Translations under genes and position numbers: made by a program
IMG/VR virus record: IMGVR_UViG_3300015242_000254
Span: 1-52,381 of that record
Length of the DNA stretch: 52,381 nucleotides
Reading direction: 5' to 3' (one strand)
From: a virus
Lineage: Duplodnaviria > Caudoviricetes
Shown here: piece by piece, positions 45,152-52,381 of the stretch
How the letters are laid out: every line of letters begins with the position of its first letter
Numbering within the stretch: position 1 is the first letter of the stretch
The notes under the pieces: generated by a model
What the model was told of the DNA's origin: nothing
What the model saw: the letters and a program-made list of their open reading frames with translations, nothing else
The model's database searches: none

Positions 45152-45485
45152 TCCCCTCGTCCCCGGGCATGAGCTGTTCCCGGGCTTCCTGCCGCCTCCA
45201 CTTCCCGGGGTCGGCGAGAGCGTGCACTACGTCGCGCGCGGGTCGGCCGACGGCGTCTATCCCATGGTGTGCCGGGCGGCCATCGTCACCCAGGTGACCG
45301 ATGCATCGGCCGTCCCGGGCACGGCCTACGACGAGGTCGACCCCGAGACGCTCGGTCTGGCCGTGCTCAACCCCACCGGGTTGTTCTTCCACGAGCGCGT
45401 CAAGCACGTCGAGGAAGAGATGGCCGGAGGGTGCTGGCACTACCTGGATGGTTGGCTGCATCAGCCGGAGAACGTCGAACGATGA
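45144..45485 (+). CDS. Hypothetical phage protein
   Basis: PGVGESVHYV.RGSADG.YP..CRAAIVTQV...GLAVLNPTGLFF...GCWH, a recurring actinophage pattern. Confidence 0.7.
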   Translation: MGNPLVPGHELFPGFLPPPLPGVGESVHYVARGSADGVYPMVCRAAIVTQVTDASAVPGTAYDEVDPETLGLAVLNPTGLFFHERVKHVEEEMAGGCWHYLDGWLHQPENVER

Positions 45486-47452
45486 CCGGTACCGGCACCT
45501 ACCGCCTGATGGACGTCAGCGACGTCCTGGACAACCTCGGAGACCGCAACCATGGTCTGCGACCGGCCAGGATCGTGCAGCTGTCTGACGGGCAGTCGGT
45601 GCCGGACCGGATCTTCCAGGCCGCGACCGGGCCGACCACGTTCTCCACCTGCACCGAGCTGATACCCGCGTCCATCCAGCCGATCTTCGACGTCAACAGC
45701 TACTACCGCGACCTCGGATTCGACTGGCCGTACAAGGACATCACCCGGGGCATGCTGCGCGAGGCCTACACGCGCCTCGGCGGCCAGGGGAACGAACGAC
45801 TGACCTACTGCCTCCGGCAGCTGCTCGACAAGCAACTACGGCCGCTCTACGACGCCTACCCGCCCGGCTGGCCCATGGACGACATGTACACCTGGCGGCT
45901 GATCAAGGAAGTCGCCGCTCAGTGGGCCAGCGAGCAGAGCGCAGAGACCGGCGAGCTGATCACCGGGCAGGACTTCCTACGGTCGCTCGGCTTCGACCGG
46001 CTCGCCGACGACGAGCCCGAAGACGAGGAGGAGATGCCTGAGGCCGTGCAGGTGTTTCTGGCCAACTCCTGGCCCTACGGCTACTACCTGTTGCACTCCC
46101 GTCGCTACGACGACGTCACGTTGTCGGAGTGGCAGTCCATCATCATCTCAGCCTGCGCGCACGAGGGCTTGTCACTTCAACTGGCTCTCGGGTACGTTGG
46201 CCGCACTGAGCAAACCTGGGCTATATACAACTACAACAATGACTTAGTCATATTCGTAAATGAAAATCAACAGCCCACCAATGCAATTGCTCAAGAGATC
46301 GCTACCGAATTGCGAACCCGAAAGGACCCGCAGCCAATGAGCGCACCCACGACCGAAGAGTCCACCATCAGCACAGCCTCCGCCTTCCGGCGGGGAGGTG
46401 CCCAGGCAGCAGAGCGTCAGCAGGCAGAAGCCGCAGCGCGCAAAGCCGCCCGAGGCAGCACCGACTACCTGTCCTCGCTGCTGAAGAAGCACAACGACAC
46501 GGTGATCATCCGGTTCGTGATCGACGAGCCGGACTGGATCGAGGTCATGCAGCACAGCTTCCTCAAGACCAAGGCCGCTCCCGCCGACAAGCCCGCCGAT
46601 GCCAACTGGCCGGACAAGATGGGCGCCGTCTGCCGCAAGACCGAGCGTGAGGACGGCGAGCCGTTCTACCCCGAGTGCTTCATCTGCGACCACATGAAGG
46701 GCTCCAACGGCAAGCGTCCGGCCCGTGGCTTGCGGATGTGGGCTATCGCGGTGATCCGCAAGGAGGTCATCGGCACACCCGAGATGGCAGCCGAGGGCAA
46801 GATCCCCACCGATCGGGTCGGCCAGCGCGTAGGCCTCACCGATGACACCGTCGAGGTCGACGAGGTCAAGGACGGCAAGGTCACCGGCAACAAGATCAAG
46901 CGCAAGCGCTACGTCATCGTCAACTACGCGCTGAAGAACTTCTTCACGCAGTTCGTGCAGTTCAGCAAGATCTACGGCACCGCGCTCGACCGCGACTACA
47001 TGATCACGCGGCAGGGCGAGGAGACCGAGAGCACCTACCAGGCCGTGCCGATGGACATCATCCAGAAGCCGATCCTGGATGCCGACGGTGCCCCCACCGG
47101 CGAGCGCGAGCCGTTCGACCTGCGCAACCCGAAGTACGCCGACGCCTACTCTGACCACGGAATCGACTTGGCGAAGATCGTCATGGACCGGATGAGCGAC
47201 CGCTTCTACGAGCGGTTCTTCGACTCCCGCGTCACCGTCCCGTGGTCCTCGGACGACGACGACAGCACCCCAGCCGCCGCGTCCTCCTCATCGAGCACGG
47301 CCGCATCGAGCGAGCCCAGCACCGTCACCGAGCCCGCTCCCGGGCCCGTCTCGGACAAGCTGAAGGCCATGCGTGACAAGCTCGTCGAGGACAACAAGGG
47401 TCGAACCGAGGGCGCCAGCTCTGGCGCGACCACCATGTACGACTTCTCGTAG
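45482..47452 (+). CDS. Degenerate J-domain-like protein reading in frame into SSB
   Basis: ATGA start; SYYRDLG...LREAY...QLLDKQLRPLYD resembles a J domain without HPD; no stop before the SSB part. Confidence 0.6.
   Translation: MTGTGTYRLMDVSDVLDNLGDRNHGLRPARIVQLSDGQSVPDRIFQAATGPTTFSTCTELIPASIQPIFDVNSYYRDLGFDWPYKDITRGMLREAYTRLGGQGNERLTYCLRQLLDKQLRPLYDAYPPGWPMDDMYTWRLIKEVAAQWASEQSAETGELITGQDFLRSLGFDRLADDEPEDEEEMPEAVQVFLANSWPYGYYLLHSRRYDDVTLSEWQSIIISACAHEGLSLQLALGYVGRTEQTWAIYNYNNDLVIFVNENQQPTNAIAQEIATELRTRKDPQPMSAPTTEESTISTASAFRRGGAQAAERQQAEAAARKAARGSTDYLSSLLKKHNDTVIIRFVIDEPDWIEVMQHSFLKTKAAPADKPADANWPDKMGAVCRKTEREDGEPFYPECFICDHMKGSNGKRPARGLRMWAIAVIRKEVIGTPEMAAEGKIPTDRVGQRVGLTDDTVEVDEVKDGKVTGNKIKRKRYVIVNYALKNFFTQFVQFSKIYGTALDRDYMITRQGEETESTYQAVPMDIIQKPILDADGAPTGEREPFDLRNPKYADAYSDHGIDLAKIVMDRMSDRFYERFFDSRVTVPWSSDDDDSTPAAASSSSSTAASSEPSTVTEPAPGPVSDKLKAMRDKLVEDNKGRTEGASSGATTMYDFS
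46337..47452 (+). CDS. Single-stranded DNA-binding protein, T4 gp32-like (internal start)
   Basis: GAAAGGA RBS; IIRF, H...C...CFIC, DRDYMITRQGE...STY, low-complexity C-terminal tail; directly upstream of dnaE. Confidence 0.7.
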   Translation: MSAPTTEESTISTASAFRRGGAQAAERQQAEAAARKAARGSTDYLSSLLKKHNDTVIIRFVIDEPDWIEVMQHSFLKTKAAPADKPADANWPDKMGAVCRKTEREDGEPFYPECFICDHMKGSNGKRPARGLRMWAIAVIRKEVIGTPEMAAEGKIPTDRVGQRVGLTDDTVEVDEVKDGKVTGNKIKRKRYVIVNYALKNFFTQFVQFSKIYGTALDRDYMITRQGEETESTYQAVPMDIIQKPILDADGAPTGEREPFDLRNPKYADAYSDHGIDLAKIVMDRMSDRFYERFFDSRVTVPWSSDDDDSTPAAASSSSSTAASSEPSTVTEPAPGPVSDKLKAMRDKLVEDNKGRTEGASSGATTMYDFS

Positions 47453-47482
47453 CCTGCAACGCTCCATCCCCGGAGAAGTCAC

Positions 47483-50400
47483 GTGTACAAGCTCATTCAG
47501 CAGTACGCGGAGCACGGCCACTGGGAGGACCCGGACGGTCAGGTCCTCCCAGTACCGTCGCTTGTCGAGGACATCAACGGCGAGCGCCTCATCCTCGTCG
47601 CCAACCTGGTACCCACCCAGGCCTGGATCGATGCCTCGGCCAGCGGCGCAGACGGCCTGCTCCGAGTGCTCGGTGCCCCGCTCGCCTACTGCCATGCCAC
47701 CACGTTCACCAGCTACCGACGCGAGAACTCCTTCGCCGCCGCCTTCGAGCTGCCCGAGCCTCGATGGTTGAAGCTCGAAGTGGCCGGGCTGGTCGCGGAG
47801 ATGACCGATCGCGACTACGCCGTGTCTGCCACCAGCAACCCCTTCGTCCACCTGCACACGCACAGCGAGTTCAGCCAGCTCGACGGTCTGTCGGTCATGG
47901 ACGAGATCATGAAGGCAGTCGCTGAGGACGGCCAGAATGCCGTCGCGATCACCGACCACGGCAACTGCGCAGGACATCCCGCGCTGCAGAAGGCGGCCAA
48001 CCTGGCCGGGGTTAAGCCGATCTTCGGCATCGAGGCCTACTTCGTCGACGACCGCGCCGTGCACGAGGACCAGCACGACTACCGACACCTGGTGCTGTGG
48101 GCCATGGATGACGCCGGTCTGCGTAACCTCTGGGCACTGTCCACCGAGGGCTACCGCGACCCGGGCTGGTACGGCAAGCCCCGTATCGACTGGGACACCC
48201 TGCAGCGTCTCAACGGCGGCCTGGCGGCCTCTACCGCCTGCCTCGGCGGTCCACTGCTGGAGCCCTACCTCGCCGGGAACGAACAGCTCGCGCTGGCCAA
48301 CCTCGCCCGGCTGGCGGACATTTTCGACGACCGGCTGTTCATCGAGATCCACGCCAACCACCTCGACGACCAGAAGCGCGGCAACGCGTGGCTGATCGAA
48401 GTTGCGCGCAAGTACAACGTGCCGATGCTGGCAGCCGTGGACAGTCACTACGCCGAGGCCAAGGACAAGGAACACCACCACGCCTGGTTGGCCATGCAGA
48501 CCAACAAGGACGTCGACGACGACAGCGAGCTGTTCGGCGGCAACCAGGACTACCACCTGATGGGCGTGGACGAGGTACGTCAGAAGCTCGCTTACCTGCC
48601 CGTCGACGTGGTGGACGAGGCGATCAACAACACCGGCATCCTCGCCTCGCTATGTACGGCCGAGATCAGGCCCAAGATCGTCATGCCGGTGTTCTCCAAG
48701 CCGACCGAGGACCACCCGGATCCGATCCAGCACGACGTCGAGCGCTTCGTGGACGGAGCGCTGGCCAACTGGCAGAGCCGCATCGTCGAGCGCGGCATCG
48801 ACGAGACCATCGCCGAGAAGGACGTCACCTACGAGTGCGGCCTGATGGTCGAGAAGGGCTTCCCGGGCTACTACCTGATGACCGCCGACCTCGTCACCTG
48901 GGCGAAGTCGCAGGGGATCCTGGTTGGCCCGGGGCGCGGGTCCGGCGCCGCCAGCCGGATGGCCTACCTGCATCGCATCACCGAAGTCGACCCGATCGGC
49001 GCGGACCTGCTGCTCGACCGGTTCATGACCAAGGGCCGCAAGAGCCTGCCGGACTTCGACCTCGACTTCCCCACCAGCAAGTCGGACGTCATGACCCACT
49101 ACGCCCGCGATCGGTATGGCGAAGAGCACGTCGCGCAGGTCGGCACTCACATGCGGGTGAAGAACAAGAGCGCGTTCAAGGACGTATATCGAGCCATCCA
49201 GTCGCGGCTGCCCGGAGACAGCTTCACCCTCCTCGCGCAGATCAGCAAGATCATCGACGAGGCGGAGAGTTCTACAGCCGGGCTGGGTTTGTCGTGGGAG
49301 GATCTGTTCGCACAGGTCGGTGACCTCCTGGAGCCCTACCGGGAGAAGATCCCTGAGGTGTTTGAGCTGGCGGAGGTCTTCCGAGGTCGGTTGAAGAACT
49401 ATGGTCGTCACGCGGCCGGGATCATCATCGACCCAGACAACAATCTCCTCGACGAGCTGCCTATGCGGCGCGGTGAGGAGGGTGGGTTGATGGTCACCCA
49501 GTTCGACATGGACGCACTGGAATACCTGGGGAAGATCAAGTTTGATCTCCTGAAGCTGCGTAACCTCGACACCATCCAAGCTGCTATCGACCTGATCAAG
49601 GAGACCACCGGCGACGTCATCGACATCTACGGCTGGGTGGACGAGTACAACGACCCGGAGGTCTACGCGGACCTGGCAGCCGGATGGACGCTCGGGGTGT
49701 TCCAGATCGAGACGTCGCTCGGCACCCGCACCACCAAGCTGATCCAGCCGCGCAATCTCTCCGAACTGTCTGACGTCATCACCCTCGGCCGACCGGGCCC
49801 GATGCGCTCGGGGTTGGACAAGCTTTACTTGCGCCGCCGCTCGGGTGAGGAGGCAGTAGCCTTCGACGACCCGCGTCTGGAGGAGGTGCTGGCCAAGACC
49901 TACGGCGTGATGCTGTACCAGGAAGACATCATGGCCGTCTGCATGGTGCTCGCCGGGTACGACTCGGACGAGGCCGACCACGTCCGCAAGATCCTCGGCA
50001 AGAAGAAGGTCGAGCTGGTCGAGGCCGAGGGCATCAAGTTCGTGCAGCGCGCGGTGGAGAACAACACCGACCGCCAAGTGGCTGAAGAGATCTGGTCCCA
50101 GATGGGCGAGTTCGCCAAGTACTCGTTCAACCGGGCCCACGCCTACAGCTACGCCACGCTGGCCTATTGGACAGCCTGGCTGAAGACCCACTACCCGCGT
50201 GAGTACCTCACCGCGTCCATGGCCACCATCGACAAGGACCGCATCCCGCAGTTCGTCACCGAAGCCCGGCGACTGGGCTACGAAGTGCTGCCGCCAGACA
50301 TCAACACCTCCGGCAAGGGCTTCACCGCCGACGGGCTCATCGTGCGTTACGGGCTGGAGAGCGTCAGCCGCGTTGGTGCCATCGCAGCCCAGGCCATCCT

Positions 50401-51160
50401 CGACGGGCGCGCGGAAGGGCTGTACACCAGCTACGAGGACTTCCTGGAGCGCAAGGGCGGCAAGTGCAACATGCTCCACGTCACGCAGCTCGCCCGCGTG
50501 GGAGCCTTCGACTCACTGTTTCCGAACAGGCGCGGTTTGGAGTACCGCATCGACGCCGACAAGTCAGGTGAGTCGACCAAGTGCAAGGACAAGGACGAGG
50601 CGCACACCAACGAGTGGGCTCGCGCTAACCACGACGTCCAACTGCCCTGTCACTTCGACTGGAGCGCCGAGCCGCCGAAGATCGGTCGTACCGGCAAGGT
50701 CCTGAAGGTCCAGCCGAAGCCGCCGAAGAAGTGCACCAAGGCCTGCCGCCACTACACCCCGCGCGACCCACTCAGCTACGACGACGTCGAGCCCTACAGC
50801 GATGCTGAGATCCGCGACATCGAGTACGAGCTGCTCGGGGTGTATCTGTCGTCCTCGCCGTTCGAGCGCATCCCGGTCGAGATGATGTCTGAGCTGATGA
50901 CCGCCGACGGTCTGATGACCGCTGAACTCCAGGGCAGCTACCCGGTCGCCGCCATCGTGGCCTCGGCTCGCCCCGACCCCAAGGGCCGTGACTTCGGGTT
51001 CGCCACGCTGAACACCCCAGCCGGTGATCTGTCGGTCATCCTGTTCTCCAACCAGTGGGAGCGGTACAAGCCGTTCCTGCGCAAGGGCCAGATGGCCTTC
51101 GTCGAGATCTACAAGTCAGACCAGGATCGCTATCGCCTCACGCACATGGAGCCGCTGTGA
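47483..51160 (+). CDS. dnaE: DNA polymerase III alpha subunit
   Basis: FVHLHTHSEFSQLDG, AITDHG, VGPGRGSGAAS, LPDFDLDF, HAAG, KFDLL, GVFQIE, RPGP, FNRAH, PPDIN. Confidence 0.97.
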   Translation: MYKLIQQYAEHGHWEDPDGQVLPVPSLVEDINGERLILVANLVPTQAWIDASASGADGLLRVLGAPLAYCHATTFTSYRRENSFAAAFELPEPRWLKLEVAGLVAEMTDRDYAVSATSNPFVHLHTHSEFSQLDGLSVMDEIMKAVAEDGQNAVAITDHGNCAGHPALQKAANLAGVKPIFGIEAYFVDDRAVHEDQHDYRHLVLWAMDDAGLRNLWALSTEGYRDPGWYGKPRIDWDTLQRLNGGLAASTACLGGPLLEPYLAGNEQLALANLARLADIFDDRLFIEIHANHLDDQKRGNAWLIEVARKYNVPMLAAVDSHYAEAKDKEHHHAWLAMQTNKDVDDDSELFGGNQDYHLMGVDEVRQKLAYLPVDVVDEAINNTGILASLCTAEIRPKIVMPVFSKPTEDHPDPIQHDVERFVDGALANWQSRIVERGIDETIAEKDVTYECGLMVEKGFPGYYLMTADLVTWAKSQGILVGPGRGSGAASRMAYLHRITEVDPIGADLLLDRFMTKGRKSLPDFDLDFPTSKSDVMTHYARDRYGEEHVAQVGTHMRVKNKSAFKDVYRAIQSRLPGDSFTLLAQISKIIDEAESSTAGLGLSWEDLFAQVGDLLEPYREKIPEVFELAEVFRGRLKNYGRHAAGIIIDPDNNLLDELPMRRGEEGGLMVTQFDMDALEYLGKIKFDLLKLRNLDTIQAAIDLIKETTGDVIDIYGWVDEYNDPEVYADLAAGWTLGVFQIETSLGTRTTKLIQPRNLSELSDVITLGRPGPMRSGLDKLYLRRRSGEEAVAFDDPRLEEVLAKTYGVMLYQEDIMAVCMVLAGYDSDEADHVRKILGKKKVELVEAEGIKFVQRAVENNTDRQVAEEIWSQMGEFAKYSFNRAHAYSYATLAYWTAWLKTHYPREYLTASMATIDKDRIPQFVTEARRLGYEVLPPDINTSGKGFTADGLIVRYGLESVSRVGAIAAQAILDGRAEGLYTSYEDFLERKGGKCNMLHVTQLARVGAFDSLFPNRRGLEYRIDADKSGESTKCKDKDEAHTNEWARANHDVQLPCHFDWSAEPPKIGRTGKVLKVQPKPPKKCTKACRHYTPRDPLSYDDVEPYSDAEIRDIEYELLGVYLSSSPFERIPVEMMSELMTADGLMTAELQGSYPVAAIVASARPDPKGRDFGFATLNTPAGDLSVILFSNQWERYKPFLRKGQMAFVEIYKSDQDRYRLTHMEPL

Positions 51161-51387
51161 AGCTACGTCGTGAGAATCGCGGTCCGCTGCTGCCGGTGGT
51201 CCAGCAAGGGATCAATCGCAAGCTGCTTGCCCGGGCGCTCGGCGTGGGAGCGGTCGACATCATCAGCGTCTCTCGCAACTTCTTCGACGGGTCGTGCGAT
51301 ATCAGATTCGTCATCCACAAGGACGAGGCGCAGGCTCTGAGCCGTTACCTCGCCCCTACTGACCTCACGCCGCCCGAGGAGACCTGA
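51157..51387 (+). CDS. Small hypothetical protein (76 aa)
   Basis: GTGA and TGATG coupling between dnaE and recA. Confidence 0.6.
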   Translation: MKLRRENRGPLLPVVQQGINRKLLARALGVGAVDIISVSRNFFDGSCDIRFVIHKDEAQALSRYLAPTDLTPPEET

Positions 51388-52381
51388 TGGCTGCTGCCAA
51401 GAAAACCACTACTCGCAAGCGCACTCCGAGCGCCTCGGCCAGCGCACTGGCCAAGTTCGAGGAGCAGTTCGCCAAGGAGTTCGGCGAGGGCGTCCTGTCG
51501 ACTCCCAAGATCAAGGCCTACGAGGTCGTCTCCACCGGCTCGCTCACCCTGGATGCCGCGCTCGGTTGCGGAGGGACCATCGTCGGACGCATCACTGAGA
51601 TCTGGGGCCCGCCGAACACAGGCAAGACCACCATGGCGATGATCACGGCCGCCAATTACCAGCAGCAGTACCCCAACCGCGTGGTGGGTTGGATCGACGT
51701 CGAGCACTCCTGGGACAACGACTGGGCCAAGGCGCACGGGCTCGATATCGACCGGGTGCGTAAGACGGAGCCCGCGACGGCTCAGGATGTCAGCGACCAC
51801 GCGAAGTTCATGGTGCGCTCTGGCCTGTTCAGCCTCATCGTGATCGACTCCATCGGCGGCATGATCGGCCGCTCCGAGGTGGAGAAGGACGCTGACGATG
51901 CCGCCGTGGCTGAGGTGGCCCGGGTGGTCACCCGCATGGTCAAGTACCAGGCGCACCAGCTCACGGTGCACAAGACCGGCTTGTGGATCATCAACCAGCC
52001 GCGCAGCAATATCGGCTCCTACGGCGGAGGCTCGACCACCGGCGGGGGTAACGCGCTCAAGCACGTGTCCACGCACAAGATCCGGATGCGGCTCACCAAC
52101 ACGAGCCCGTACATGGTGTCGAGCAAGCCCGAGGACGGTGAGGCAGGCTTCGAGGTCGCGGCACACGTCGAGCGGAACAAGGTCGCCCCGCCGAAGAAGG
52201 TCGCCACGTTCGGTCTGTTCAACCAGGACACCGATCAGTGGGGTCCGATGGGCATCGACCGGGCCAGCGAGGCGCTACGTCTGGGCATCCGCTTCGGCAT
52301 CATCGCCAGCCCGTCCAAGGGCTGGTATCAACTACCCGACCGCGAGGTCCGAACAAACGGCGAGGCCAAGGTGCTCGGCGC
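51387..52381 (+). CDS. recA: RecA-like recombinase, 3' partial (absent from the ORF track)
   Basis: Manual translation: VSTGSLTLDAALG.GG...GRITEIWGPPNTGKTT...IDVEH...IVIDSIGGM...IINQPR...TTGGGNALKH...RNKVAPP. Confidence 0.95.
   Translation, partial: MAAAKKTTTRKRTPSASASALAKFEEQFAKEFGEGVLSTPKIKAYEVVSTGSLTLDAALGCGGTIVGRITEIWGPPNTGKTTMAMITAANYQQQYPNRVVGWIDVEHSWDNDWAKAHGLDIDRVRKTEPATAQDVSDHAKFMVRSGLFSLIVIDSIGGMIGRSEVEKDADDAAVAEVARVVTRMVKYQAHQLTVHKTGLWIINQPRSNIGSYGGGSTTGGGNALKHVSTHKIRMRLTNTSPYMVSSKPEDGEAGFEVAAHVERNKVAPPKKVATFGLFNQDTDQWGPMGIDRASEALRLGIRFGIIASPSKGWYQLPDREVRTNGEAKVLG

Noticed and set aside
37860-46238. AACTACA motif shared by AT-rich patches and the Y RNA leader
   Set aside because: In the coding copies it is simply Asn-Tyr-Asn codons and too short to be significant.
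47483-51160. Intein in DnaE (also checked DnaB and RecA)
   Set aside because: No LAGLIDADG or His-Asn/Cys splice-junction motifs were seen, and core motif spacing looks normal.

Overview
Apart from the first ~550 bp, this window is a segment of a high-GC, contractile-tailed (myovirus) phage genome, most likely infecting an actinobacterium. Its gene order resembles mycobacteriophage cluster C / Rhodococcus E3-type myoviruses (recalled, not searched). Region 555-28058 is the virion module: minor structural proteins, neck, tail sheath, tail tube, tail assembly chaperones with a GGGGGAA -1 frameshift, tape measure, a lysozyme-like+NlpC/P60 hub, spike, gp25-like wedge, baseplate J and larger wedge proteins, with two inserted HNH endonuclease genes. 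Region 28151-52381 holds DNA/RNA metabolism genes: SNF2 and DinG helicases, Ro60/TROVE, Lsr2, 5'-3' exonuclease, an Hfq-like protein, DnaC-like loader, DnaB, primase, SSB, DnaE and a RecA that runs off the end. The most notable content is non-coding. (1) Three tandem Y RNAs lie upstream of the Ro60 gene; one holds a complete circularly permuted tRNA including an anticodon arm, and a related hairpin follows the gene. (2) A structured, U-tailed sRNA/attenuator sits directly before an Hfq-like gene. (3) A 57-nt mini-tRNA fold and a DnaA-box triplet precede the replication genes. (4) A bipartite motif with identical spacing occurs three times and looks like a phage late promoter. Bases 1-~555 encode part of a bacterial EndoQ-type protein joined abruptly to an apparently truncated phage gene, probably a chimeric junction. 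No capsid, terminase, integrase, lysis cassette or CRISPR array was seen. All family assignments are from motif recognition by eye; no searches or folding programs were run.
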